Shown: positions 12,983 to 25,484 of the stretch, one piece after another | Position numbering within the stretch: the first letter of the stretch is position 1 | How the letters are laid out: every line of letters starts with the position of its first letter | DNA from: Paraphysomonas bandaiensis | Taxonomy: Eukaryota; Protista; Chrysophyceae | Length of the DNA stretch: 64,000 nt | Assembly (NCBI GenBank): GCA_965644295.1 | Contig: CBFFRP010000035.1 | Location: 1-64,000, forward strand | Direction of reading: 5' to 3' | Program-made: the position numbers and the translations under genes | The notes under the pieces: model-generated | Database searches by the model: none | What the model saw: only the letters and a program-made list of their open reading frames with translations | Told to the model about the DNA's origin: nothing

Positions 12983-14669
12983 TGCAATGAAATTAATTTA
13001 TTTCAATATCTAACGCAATGGTTGTGTTAGGTGTGCTCTATATGCGATGCACTCGTATATGGTGCCTATATATGTATGTATATACACACTCCAGCTTCTC
13101 GAATTCAATTCTCCCCCACACATCTACACATCTACACATATGCCTACACACATACACCATATACATATATACAGCCTGGGCGGTGTAGGTGTAGTCTGCC
13201 AACGTATAGATTGATTGATTTAGAAAGCCAACTGTAAGAAAATCATCACCAGCAGCAGTCAATGTGATTGGCTTCGAATCCCGCCCTTGTATACCGCCGT
13301 ATATCAAAAAAGTGCAACTCCCTCATTTTTGGAGTTCAGAATTTGGCACAGAAAATGTGTAGTTTTTTAGGGCTTTCTAACAAAGTACTCTCACACACAG
13401 ATGGACATGCAGGGTGTATATACAGCAGTACATGATGTACGTAAGTAAGAACCAGTAGCTGAAGCAATATGCATCTTATGCTGTGAATAGATATCAGCGA
13501 CAAGATATACAGAACGACGTTAATCTTCTTACTGAAAGGAAGTAGTTGTCATTTTTACTTGCTACTGTAAACAAACAATATCTAAATACTTATGAATATG
13601 TTGGCAGAGAGACGATTCAACATGCCGTTATGTACATGTTGGTGTCTGCAGTGATATTGACAGAAGAAAGACTTTTACTTAGCTACATGTAAAAGCCGAA
13701 AGACTTTCTATCTTCACCGCTATCTTAAATTTTCGATGGAGCGCAATAGTCGCATGAGCATATGCGAACGCCTATATCGGATTTGATCTAATCGGACCTT
13801 CTCACAACGAATATAACATTATACCGCACATGATATAAAGCTTTTTGAATAGGTATACGAGAAAAACCGATTCCAGACTGCCAACGCTTTGAGAACAGTC
13901 AAGCCTAACTATGATCATGATGATTGTGTGTGGTGTGCGGCAATGTGATGCTCTTGTGGCCACTCAGTCGTTGCTACAGAAAAATACTGTAAACCATATG
14001 AAGCTACATCATGACTAAAAGGATCCTTGATAGAATCTAGTTTAACCCAGAGTGAAAGTCTTATTATTAGCAGTAGGCGTCAAGAATCGACACCAGAGAA
14101 GTAGTTAGATTAAGACTAGTCAAGCTAGATCGACCTCTACCAGTAACTAATTAGTGTAAATTCTCATATCCTACTATTTAACACTACAGAAGTTTAACCC
14201 ATCAACAACACATGAAAATTATACGATATACACTTTACATGTACTAGCGATAATATAAAATATTAAGTGGTTGTACAATGTGTAATCAAATTACTCAGTC
14301 TTATATATATATATATATATATCATTACACCTTCACTAAATTGTCTGCGATGGATGAAACGTCGTCGTACATCACCGCAACTGCATTTTTCGTACTACTA
14401 TCATATTTTTGTACTCTACATTCACATATATAAACACATGTACTATATTTATGCCATTCTCGCTTCTCTGCACGTAATATTTCTTTTTGGGTGAAGTAAA
14501 ATCCTAAAGACTAGCCTATGTAGAAAACAAAAACGATCATGCTATAAATACTTCCAGAAAAATTCAAGACACAAGTTGTAATCACTAGTTCTTATGATTA
14601 ATACAATCCCTATCTACGTAACTACATAAGCCTGTAACCAGCAGTCGAGGGCTGAATCAACAAAACAAA

Positions 14670-15765
14670 TTACATGCCAGCGTTAGCCTCCATGACACCA
14701 GACCGTACGCTGTTAGAGTCGCTTGGAAGAAACACAGTCTTGGTACCAGCATGACTCCCGACTTCCTGTATTGCATTAAACGACGCCGTCAGCACATATA
14801 ATATGTCGATAAATATCAGCTACATACCTGCAGGGCATCGAAGTACTGAGTCAGGACAAGAAGATCCATCACATCACGAGAAGATGTATCGCTGACTTGG
14901 TTGTTAAACTCTAAGATGCTCTCCCTGTATACAATAAAGTCAAGCGCCTGAGACCGCAGAGTAAGTTACCCACTTGAGTCCATCCATAATAGCGTGGCGA
15001 GATCTGGCAACACCGACTCCGGAGAGGTGCATACTTTCTGCCTCCGCCTCTGCCCGCTTCACCTGTATCCAGTGCCACACATTAGCCTACGAAAAAGAGG
15101 TTTAATGTATAAAAACCTTTAGAAGTTTTTCGCCTTCTGCACGCTGGTAGGAGGCCTCTTTGATGCGCATAGAGGAATTTATCTCGTTCATGGCATCACG
15201 TACGCGGTTATTGGGGGAAATGTCAGTCACAAGAGTCTGGCATATAGAGAATCCGTATTCAGAGAATACCTCCTGAAGGTTGGTCTTAAGAGTTTGACTG
15301 ACTTCATCTTTGCAGTCAAACGCCTGGTCCAGAGTAAGTGCACATATCGCAGCACGAAGGGTGTCATATATATACGATCTCATTTGATCCTGATAATTTG
15401 TATAAGTACAACCCCGTATCATCATTAACAACTCTGACCTGAGAATCTGAGAGAGAATAAAAAGCCTGGTACACTTTCTCTCTGATGACCTGAAACTGCA
15501 CACTGACATTCACCATCACAAACACCTGTTCACCATTAGTCACACATCCAACGTTAACGCACATCATGCCCATTCATACATTGTCCAATGTTTTTGTTTC
15601 ACAAGTGACATCAAGCTGTTGAATTCTTAGAGATATTTTCCCGGCAATGATTTCATACGGGCAGCACACGAACACTAAGCCAGGGTTAGCCAAGCGATTG
15701 TACTTCCCGAACCGTTCAATTATACCCACATCAGAAGTACTGATAGTAGCGAAACAGCAAGCCAT
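14670..15765 (-). CDS. SPFH/band-7 protein, hypersensitive-induced response (HIR) family, paralogue 1
   Basis: [66 protein letters not shown]; several ~50-nt introns; TAA 14670-14672. Confidence 0.93.
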
Positions 15766-16839
15766 TGTGGATTACTGTAACTCGTCGATAAGTGTGGTGA
15801 AATATGCTGCGAGAGTCTCTAGGAGGCTACAGGCTACAGTGCATACCTTCATGCTCCCAATCACGATACAGCAGGATGTCACACACGCAGCCAGTGCAGT
15901 TGTACATATCAAATCCCACCCACTTGTATCCCACCCCAGTATACCTGATATACGGCGGTATATTATTGGATATGGGATATAGCATACTATAGCATGATGT
16001 AGCTAAGCTGGATACTACATACCGTATACCGGTACAGAGTGAGATCGCAACAAGGATCGCACGGCCTCGATATTAATGAAAGATAAGAACGCTCATGGCT
16101 GGAGTGATTTCAAGCATAAGGAGTTGGACGTATTGTAGCTGAGGTGTTTAGTTGACGCAGTAAAGAATAATAAAGAGTGTTGATCGTACATAGAGACAGG
16201 GATCATGCATGGACTAAATCAAGGGGCACGGCCGAGCAAGTGTATCAATACTTGTTAATGTTGTGAAACGATGAATAGAATTAATCCCTTACTTCAAGAT
16301 CATCCGTTACATCTTTAACGGTCAGATGCAATGAATAGAAGTGGATTTATTCACACGCACATATCAGTGTCAATAGCCTTCTTTACTAGATGGACTGATT
16401 TAATCCCTACTCACAGATAACATCAATATCAAGGCAGACTTGGGCAGCTATTGAGATCTATTTAAATCTAAGAGACAATTCACTACTAGGTGGGGCACTC
16501 ATATAGCTTTCATATTAGACTGTGGGGATGTCGTAATTACCATGGAGAATGTAATGTATTTTTAGTCCTGTTTACAAATGTGCTAATATGAATCAGGAGA
16601 GTTATGGATTCACTGATTTGCCTATTGTCGTGTTTTGTGTTTATATTTTGACGACGCGAATCCCATAATTTATATTGACGAGTCATTTCAATCATTCGAG
16701 TAGGCATCAATTAACAACCATTTTGATGCCCACTGAAGTATCCGTCAATAATCAGTTCTAATATATTATACATTCTACAGAATATTATCAATTATTTGAG
16801 TACCATTAAATTGTTGTAACGCTATTACCCGCAGTTCTG

Positions 16840-18230
16840 TCTATATAGTCATCTTGTCACAAAAGAAATGTTTATTAAACCTAAATTGGGTTCAACAGAG
16901 CGCTCATACTAACACCGGGCATATATAAACATTCAACTTCAATATTCGGTTTCAACAGACATTATTTTCATCTAAATTATGATATTAATTATTGACTGTT
17001 ATTTTAATGTAATTTCATTATATCACACTATTATAGGGAAACCACAATGATAAATGTAAATCCACTTTCAAAGTCGATTAGTAGTGAATATCTTATTTAG
17101 CAATAGGCGTGTAAGAGTCAGAAGTAATGTAGCAAAATAATTTAACTAAATAGTGATATCCTACTATTTGGCGCTACGAAAGCTGCTTGTGCGTCACGGC
17201 AAGCACCAAGGTGCAACCACTTTCGCTCTCTGTTCTTAGGGTGAACCAAGGATTGGGAAAAATATATTGCAATACTATTGTTAGATAGTGTTCCATCAAT
17301 AGTATTGATGGAGTTTTTAAACCGGCCCTACAATACTATTGCAATATATTAAAATATATTGTACAATAAATTGCCATATATTAGTTTGACTAATCAGTAA
17401 GTAAACACATCCGTAGTTTTTAGTACTTGTCAGTATAAGGTCTAAGGTGACTTGATTATCAAACCCACTACTCTTAACTAATTAAAAGTTTCCTCATACT
17501 CATCCTCTGAGCCATCATCGGTGATATCATCATCACCATATTCATCCAATATTAATTAAAATATGCTTGCATCCGACCACAGCTGTCAATTAGCTTTCAG
17601 AAACAACAGCATAAGAATAGTAGGATGCATACGTTCGCGCAACACTGATGTAATCAGTTTAGCCGCGCTCAACAGGCGTTCAGATGTATTGGTAGTACAT
17701 ACTACATAACTCGTGCACCTGTACGAAGATATTTCAACTTTCCGTTTCTTAAATTTTTGAGCTGATTGAAGAATTTTTTCCGCATAGCCAACTTCAGCTT
17801 CGTCGTCCTCTGTGTAGTTGAATAATCACTGTCTGAACGGAGATTTATATACATGGACTTATACCTTTTTACCCTACAGTTAAGAAGCTTTCTGTATATA
17901 ACTATCATACTATTGATTGCAATAAATTGCAATATAGCTATTTTAACAGAAACAATATTGATGGAATATTTGACCAGTCCACCAATCAATATATTTTACA
18001 ATATAATTGCAATATACTGTTCCCTATCCCTGGGGTGAACTATCCCGGATGCTTGACTGCCTTCAGTAGGCAGCCCAATATCCCGGATTCCCTTGAGGTA
18101 GGCCCATTCCCGGATGCCTGTTTATTCGTCAAGGCCCAAAGATGTCTATAGGTCGTGCTTATCAGGATTGTGAGCCTCGTATCATGTACACAGCATTCAA
18201 GTTCATTGCACTAGCAGGTGTTAAACGTGT
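16840..18230 (+). repeat. Dispersed repeat family B, copy 1 (interrupted by hAT element)
   Basis: TTGGGTTCAACAG..CATTCAACT.CAATATTCGGTTT (16887-16955) and GCTTATCAGGATTG..ACACAGCATT (18157-18200) recur at ~46820-46895 and ~47217-47260. Confidence 0.7.
17247..18032 (-). mobile_element. Non-autonomous hAT transposon with transposase C-terminal remnant
   Basis: Imperfect TIRs CAAGGATTGGGAAAAATATATTGCAAT / CAGGGATAGGGAACAGTATATTGCAAT; perfect 8-bp TSD GGGTGAAC (17239-17246, 18033-18040); minus-strand TNTSERLLSAAKLITSVLRERMHP..LLFLKAN resembles the hAT dimerisation domain. Confidence 0.92.
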
Positions 18231-18640
18231 TGTATATAAAATGGTGATGATAATATTAACCATGGAGTGCTTATACCCTTTAACAGCAAGTAAGCTACAA
18301 ATAGCTATACATTCTAGATATTAGGTTTTCAACATCATGAGGTGTAAGGTTGCTCTCACAGAATCTGCGCGCGATCCATATGGTCTGCCAACATGGTGGG
18401 TGTGGTCTATGAGTGACTGCATAGAATCAGCGCAAAATCTTGAACTTATATGTAGTCTATGGTCTACCAAGGTGCCTACACTATGGCCACACTGGTACTA
18501 CTGGATAAAATGTATCTCCCCGTGTACAAAAAAAATATGTCATTTTTACCGGTGCATGCAAGTATTTCTACATAGTAAGAACTAATTTCATTTCACAGCC
18601 AACAGTTGGACATGAAACGGAAACACTTCAACATGGGAGT

Positions 18641-19699
18641 TTACTTTCCTGCAGACGCGCCATTGAGTTGGCTCCTTAGACGATTTACCGAGTCAGGGCC
18701 ATGCGGCAGGAAAAGAGTGCTTCCAGCAGTACTCTTGTGTCCAACATCCTTCAACATATCAAAGTACTGGGTAAGGAGCAACAGGTCCATAACATCTTTA
18801 GCAGATGCGCCCTCGACTTCGGCAGCAAAGGTCGAAACGGTGTCTTGTAAACCATCTACAAGGGCCTTTCGCTGTCGAGCAATACCAAGTCCAGTGAGGT
18901 GTTTGCTCTCGGAATCTGCCTCTGCTGCCTTAACAAGCAGAATCTTCTCAGCGTCCGCCTTGTACGAATTGGCCTGTCTCAATCTCTGGGAGGCTATATT
19001 AACACTATAATCAGCACTTTAACCAGAACAAATGAGATGCGTACCATTAATTTCATTCATTGCGTTCTTAACAGAATTGTCAGGGTCTAGGTCAATGATA
19101 AGCACATTCACAATTTTGTATCCATAGTCGTCCATAAGATCAGCAAGGGAATTCTTCACATTATCAGCGATCTCACTCTTCGATGAGAAAGCGTGATCCA
19201 AGTCAAGCTTTGGTAGAGACGAGCGAATACCATCAAAAACATATGATCTGTAGAGATGCATATGAGATACCTTAATGTCGTGCGTACTGCGTACCTTATT
19301 TGAGCTCGATGGTCCGACAGTTTGTAGTACGCATCATATACTTTGTCGGCAATAACAAAATACTGCCCATTGACAAACATCAGCCAAAAAATCACAGACA
19401 TAGCGAGGCGCGACTCACCTGTACCGCAACAGACACCTTTACGAACACATTATCCTTCGTCTTCGTGTCGCACATGACATTCAGCTGCTGCACGCGAAGA
19501 GACATGTGGCCGACAATGCTTTCGCAGGGGCATCTGATGCACACACATCCCGCTACAGTACACATGACCGGCGACACGCACACACATACATACATACACA
19601 CACTCTACCTGGAGAGATCCTACTGTACTCGCCACAGCTCTCTATGACAGCCACTTCAGTCTCTTTGATACAGGAAAAACATCCGCACTGGAGAGCCAT
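18641..19699 (-). CDS. SPFH/band-7 HIR-family protein, paralogue 2
   Basis: MALQCGCFSC N-terminus, SLRVQQLNVMCDTKTKDNVFV, SYVFDGIRS, NAMNEIN, AAEADSESKHLTGLGIARQRKALVDGL, LLLTQYFDMLKD, FLPHGP. Confidence 0.95.
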
Positions 19700-20318
19700 G
19701 ACCAATTATAATATATGGGATACGAAGCGTATCTATTAATATGTTATGAGATACTGTCAGTGCATATAGAGCCAGCTGATACTCACCCTGCGCTGCTATA
19801 CATACACACACATACACATACACATACACATGAACTACAACACGAGTAACTACTACTGCTGCTGTGAATATAGATGGATATCCTAATGGTATACACCAAC
19901 GGGTTACACGCAGATAAGATACGGGTATCTATCCGTATGTGTTGATTCAATAAATTTTGAACCCCCACCATACAGAAATACACATATATCTACCCAATAT
20001 ATACGGCAGTACGGAGTATGCAGTGTCCACATGGACATCCTAAGAATTCCTAGAGTGCGGCAATCGCATACAGTGGCATACGAGACATCTTCCTATGCGC
20101 ACATGTACAGCAGTATACCTCTACAGAGTACAGTACCTAAACATACAGCAGTAGTATGTATGTTGTAATAGCGGCGGCACATACACACACAGGCCAGATA
20201 GGCTAACTTCACCTGACATCTTAAGAGTTATTTGAACAGCTCAACGGCCTCTGACTCACTCGTATTTTTATCTCATTTATATCACAACTGTATCACGTAA
20301 CGGCAATCATCTGACTGT

Positions 20319-20939
20319 ATGGGCGCCTGTGGATTACCCGGAAACAGCCTTGATGCCCATGGAAGTGAGGCCATCGCCCTCATGATGCCCGCCTATTATA
20401 TGCCCACAGCAGATGTAGGTCCTAATGATATTGCTGCAGCGAAGGTCTCTTGGTCGCTCATCACTGATGATAAGGCACAGCCATTTTTATTCGGAAAAAA
20501 AGAAAGACTGTTTCAGTATTCTACTTGTATAGGTTGGTTTTATGTGGTATTCTTTGAACGACTCTTCGATGTTCACCCCGCATGTAAACCCTTGTTCACT
20601 GCTGGCGTCATCAGCCAAGGAAAATTCTTAGTCAAAATGATAACGTTGTCACTGCATCAGCTGGACGAACAGGAGGCATTTATTAATACCATGCACACCC
20701 TTGCTGTCCGACATTGTGAGCGTGGTGTGCGTGCGGTTGAGTTTGGGATAGTGGGTGATGTCTTGTTTTATACACTAAGGAAAGTACTGGGTGATGATTA
20801 CACAGATGAAGTTGACATAGTTTGGAAGAAGATTTATTCTGGCATGCTTCGTATAATTGTGCCACTGGTTATTGCGTATGAAATGTCTGGATCTGCCAGT
20901 GTCAGTGATGATCCTGATTCAAAGGTAGAGGCTAGTTAG
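20319..20939 (+). CDS. Single-domain globin with N-terminal MGAC acylation-like extension
   Basis: A-helix SW, FFERLFDVHP..PLF (CD1 Phe), E7 Gln (SQGK), F8 His (AVRHCERGV), G helix EFGIVGDVLFYTL, H helix WKKIY; intronless. Confidence 0.88.
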   Translation: MGACGLPGNSLDAHGSEAIALMMPAYYMPTADVGPNDIAAAKVSWSLITDDKAQPFLFGKKERLFQYSTCIGWFYVVFFERLFDVHPACKPLFTAGVISQGKFLVKMITLSLHQLDEQEAFINTMHTLAVRHCERGVRAVEFGIVGDVLFYTLRKVLGDDYTDEVDIVWKKIYSGMLRIIVPLVIAYEMSGSASVSDDPDSKVEAS

Positions 20940-21269
20940 TTGTCCCGCGGGGCATGTTTCTACTCCGTAGTTTAGTACTAATTGTACTTGTTTCCATGTT
21001 TATATGTTGTTGATGGAACAACTGTTTCGACGTACTTCTAGAGTATTCCATCATTTGTATTAGTTTTTTTCTTAAGATGTCGTATCTTGTTGATTCTGTA
21101 CCCTATGTGCTAGGAATCTGTTTAATCATGTTTCAGGTATTTAGAACTGTGAGTCAGTAATAGTGCATAGGTTGCTATAATAAACTTAGTGTTTAATTTC
21201 CACATTACTGATTAATTCTTGTACAGTTTTTCTAAGCCTTCGTGACAGTATTGTCGTTACGTGGCCGCG

Positions 21270-21690
21270 CAGTTGTCAATGAAGGGTGTGAATACGTAAT
21301 CGTAGCTCATTGTGTATTATACGTGTTGAGTTTCGCAGTTTGAGAGCATTTAGAAGCTGTAGCTCAAAGATATTTGAATGTATGACTGTTAATGGAAGAA
21401 TACAGAAGTAGTGAACTGTATTATGAGAACTAATGTCATGGTAGTAATCATAGTAGTGACACATAAATAGATTGACCGTATAAGATCGTGATATCTAAGA
21501 TTGTATGCAAATGATTGGTAGTTGTGATGTTTCACAGAATTTGACAGTGAATGACAAGTGATATTGATTATAGGTTTAATGTTTAATTCAATTTGTATGA
21601 ATGACATGTGTGTTACGATATGTTAAGGTTAAATTGTTTTTCTACATTAGTTCTGACTCTTACACGCCTATTACTAATAATAAGACATTC
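21270..21690 (-). repeat. Dispersed repeat family A, copy 2, adjoining a ~55-bp segment shared with 54690-54745
   Basis: AAGCTGTAGCTCAAAGATATTTGAAT..ACTGTATTATGAGAAC; TTCTACATTAGTTCTGACTCTTACA. Confidence 0.75.
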
Positions 21691-21949
21691 AGTACTACAA
21701 TACTACAATAATCTATAATTCAAAATTCAAACATTGTGTATATTACGTTGTGCTATTTAAGTCATAATCACCTAATCATGTCAAATATTGATACTACGGG
21801 CATGGCATATTACACATCGCCACAGAACTGTTCCAAAGTGGTCCAGTACATATTCTTTATTCCATAGTATTCAGTGCGTAGCAGACTACGTTTTAATATT
21901 TTTATAGATTAACAAACATGTACAATATGCTATCTCGGTCTACGGTGTA

Positions 21950-24289
21950 TTATGACAGTTTCTTCACTTTGGCTTCAACTGATTCCTGAAGCTTCTTTGC
22001 TAAAAAGACGCCGCATACCAACAGAAAGATGCAGATGCCCGCAGCAATATATCGCTGATTCATTCCAGCTGACGACAAGGTAGACGTTGATTTTCGACTT
22101 CCAGATTTGCTGACAACGGTACACCTCTCGAGCAGATCTCTAATTTGATACTCCATTTGGATAATTCTGGAGCGGTAACCCCCTACCTGTTTCTCTGAAG
22201 TGGTAATATGTTCAACAGAGAGCAGTGATGTCGCATCCCCCATTTCTCGCATCACATCTCCAATTTGCTCAAGTATAACGCGCAACATATCTCGCAGCTC
22301 CATTAAGAGGGCTTTCAGTTCACCAGGAATGACTTCAGTATTTTCGAAACTTTCATTAATGGCGGACACAGGTGCAAACACTAATTCCAATAGGGCATCT
22401 ACCCCGCTATCCTGAGACAGATCAGCAGATGCAACGTTCTCGCGGTGAACTAGTGAATCGGGGCGATATACAAGCGATAGCATCCGTCCTATGTCTTCAA
22501 TTAAAAATGAGGTCTGGTAGACAATCTGAATCAGATCGTTCATCACGCGGACACCTCTAGACAGTGCAATGCCTCGGCGTGAGGCCCACCTAATAACTCC
22601 TGAAACTCCTCCCTTAACCCCCTCTCTGACAGGGGACAAACTCCCTAGGGGAGAGAATGGGTGGCTTCCTTGTACCCAAGTTAGATCCAGAGACTGGGAC
22701 GGGTCTGAGGGCAATGGAAATTGAGGGGGGCGTATGCCAGCAACTGCACGCGACAATCCTTCTGCGATTCCTTTCAGAGCATTTGACATATCCAGGCGTT
22801 TCCAGCCCCCTCTTGCAGATGAGTACACATTAATAGAAGTATTATTCGAATGCATAACCAGAACTGCACTTCCAGTTGACTGTACCGCCTCGCCGTTCTC
22901 AAACAGTGGATGAAGTTGTTCACAACCACGTTCTTTATCATCCACAAGGTTGAAGCCAGCTAATTGAATATCACTCAACACAAATACTGGTACAAACATT
23001 GTTTTGTGTCGTAACTCCGAAGTGGCAAAGTAGTCGTCATCATATAGCCCCATTTCATTGGCCCAATCGTCCAATGGTCCCTGCGATCCCTGCTGCAGAG
23101 TACGGAAGAGAGATTCAAGCTGAATAAGTGAATCGTCTTCGAATCCCCGCCCAGCATCCAGTAAGAGACGTCGACAAAGATTGTCCCCTACCTGTGCAAG
23201 CTCTGGGAGAAGATGTGACGAGTCAATATATGGCACTGGAGAGGGGCTCTCGTCCTCGTCGTCGGTAGAGAGTGTTTGCCACCTGGAAGCGGAAGCCAGT
23301 GCGATAGGCAGTTGAGGATGATCTTCAATAAAGTGAGTGGACGAGAGCACCTCAATTGACTGCGACGGCAGAAGCAGACTTTGCATCCACTGCTGCAGTG
23401 TGTGCAACTGGGCGCTGGAAAGACCAACATTTTCTTCATCAGATTGTCTACGAGCAGCCCTTGACTTAAGGAACAAAATGGGACTCATGATTCGCTCAGC
23501 GGATTGCGCAGGGAAATGCTTTGTTTCGCCACCTATGCTGAACCGATGTGCAGCAGAGATAGCAATCCCACCCACCCAGGCAGCAGTGTACACATTTCCG
23601 GGGTGTCTGAGGTCAAAGGAGTCAGGTGATGTGAATAAATCTCCCCACAGGTTGGATAGACTGCTTCCAGATGTGGCCACATTATCACTTCCAAATGTAG
23701 GAGACAAATCGCACGATAAGGCAGAGAGGTCAACAAAGACGGCATCTCCAATATATGACTGCGAGCACTGGAGGTGAGATGTCGTGTAGAACTTGTGCGG
23801 GGGAAAATTCTTGTTTGGTAGAACAATCACGATAGGGATGTTACTCGACGATGCAGTGAACAGCTCGGCATCAGTCTCCGAGTGAATATACGACAAGAAC
23901 TCGTCGGTTCTATTCCAATGCAAGTGCATAACGCCATTGACGATATCGTTTGAGCTGTCAACAATGTCCAAGTAAGCACTTGACGCATCAGCGGGCAAAG
24001 TGTGTACGTGATACTCATAGTCTACCTCCACCCCCATCACAGTGGTATCGTATGGAGCATACCGTAAGCGAGACTGTGAGAGAAATTTCTCAATGGAGAG
24101 CACCTCTGCTCCCGGATCACTCTGCAGGACCCACACATTAACAGATAGAGTGACAGTGGCGGGTGAGAGGGTGATGTCTTTGACATGAAGAGAGGACACT
24201 GTTATCATCATAATCATAACCATCATAACAGTAATGAGACTCCTGTTAAGAGTCCCCCCCACATCACCTACAGCCCTAACCATACCCAT
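21950..24289 (-). CDS. Uncharacterised type-I membrane protein (signal peptide + C-terminal TM), resembling plant At4g16180/At5g58100 family
   Basis: 779-aa intronless ORF; hydrophobic N-terminus; C-terminal TM YIAAGICIFLLVCGVFL plus KK-rich tail; motifs HPQLPIALASA, YIDSSHL, VPVFVL, DLTWVQGSHPFSP. Confidence 0.75.
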   Translation of the reverse strand: MGMVRAVGDVGGTLNRSLITVMMVMIMMITVSSLHVKDITLSPATVTLSVNVWVLQSDPGAEVLSIEKFLSQSRLRYAPYDTTVMGVEVDYEYHVHTLPADASSAYLDIVDSSNDIVNGVMHLHWNRTDEFLSYIHSETDAELFTASSSNIPIVIVLPNKNFPPHKFYTTSHLQCSQSYIGDAVFVDLSALSCDLSPTFGSDNVATSGSSLSNLWGDLFTSPDSFDLRHPGNVYTAAWVGGIAISAAHRFSIGGETKHFPAQSAERIMSPILFLKSRAARRQSDEENVGLSSAQLHTLQQWMQSLLLPSQSIEVLSSTHFIEDHPQLPIALASASRWQTLSTDDEDESPSPVPYIDSSHLLPELAQVGDNLCRRLLLDAGRGFEDDSLIQLESLFRTLQQGSQGPLDDWANEMGLYDDDYFATSELRHKTMFVPVFVLSDIQLAGFNLVDDKERGCEQLHPLFENGEAVQSTGSAVLVMHSNNTSINVYSSARGGWKRLDMSNALKGIAEGLSRAVAGIRPPQFPLPSDPSQSLDLTWVQGSHPFSPLGSLSPVREGVKGGVSGVIRWASRRGIALSRGVRVMNDLIQIVYQTSFLIEDIGRMLSLVYRPDSLVHRENVASADLSQDSGVDALLELVFAPVSAINESFENTEVIPGELKALLMELRDMLRVILEQIGDVMREMGDATSLLSVEHITTSEKQVGGYRSRIIQMEYQIRDLLERCTVVSKSGSRKSTSTLSSAGMNQRYIAAGICIFLLVCGVFLAKKLQESVEAKVKKLS

Positions 24290-25484
24290 ATATATATCCC
24301 TGTAGAGTCAGATACAGGCAGACAGATGTCTGTGACAGGGAAGAGAAGAGACCAGGGAATGATGTGCACTACACGCAAAGGTTGAGTGATGCTGCGTTCC
24401 GTCAATGTGAGTTGCGGACGATCGCATCGGATGACAGTCTCTTGCTGCCGACACCTGCTGCATGACTGTATGCTGTATACTGATGTATACTGCTGTATAC
24501 TGCTGTATACTGTATACGGTATGTATAGAGTGAATATTCGAGGTAGGGGCGGCAGCAGACAGCAGTGTACAGTGTGCAGTATACCGCCGTACATGTATGT
24601 ATAGCGACGAGTATACAGCTGTATATCCCCATCACATCCCATCCCTGTGTATGTGTGTGTGTATGTCTATACGGATGATATCTACGACACACTGACAGTC
24701 CCACCTTTCAGCTGTGTTACTATCACATCGTCTGCTCTGTATGGATGGATGGGTACGTGTCTATAGCAGCCAGCAGCCCATGTATATGATCACTCACATG
24801 AGGAATATTCTATCTATGGTACTAGTCATGCCCTGTAAAGTGCACTCGTTTTGTCAATAGAGGCGTCTGTTGATACACACTTGTTCAGATATCGGTGCGG
24901 TGTGTCTACGATGGCGATGATCCAGATATTGCAGTACATCAACGACAGTATAAATAGAACTGACTATACTTTATATTTATAGAGTGTATGCTCCGTTTAT
25001 GGTAGAAATTAGAAGTAGACCTTACCAATCTAAACACTGTAGTCGATAATCGATGGAAGTATGTCCATAGTCCATATGTCCTTTACACAAGGATATCCAA
25101 GAACAGTAATATTAAAAATGTACCATATCACACTTATATATAGCTACATGAAACAAGCTAATAAACACCTACCGTGGAAGCCGTCATAGGTGGAAAATAA
25201 GAAGATTTCTATGAAGTATGAAAATACTAATGACTTAAACATGTATGAAAAGTATCCGTTTACGTCACTGAAAACTGATAGGAAATTAAAAGTGGTGTTT
25301 TATACGTACAAAATAGATCGATGCCAGTAGGTCATCAGGATATTTAGGCACTTCATAGTAGCATTACCCAAATGCCATAATTTGGTATGTAAAATAGAAA
25401 ATTTCAAGTCTGAGATTAGTTTGAAAAATGAAAGCACAGACAAAATACTAAAATTTAAACCAAATAAAATATACATTTCATAAC

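Noticed and set aside
13400-14100. Possible decayed coding sequence
   Set aside because: No recognisable motif in the frames I read; cannot support a call
16030-16560. Possible DIRS-like retroelement remnant (VDLF peptide)
   Set aside because: Motif too short and frames broken; not supportable by eye
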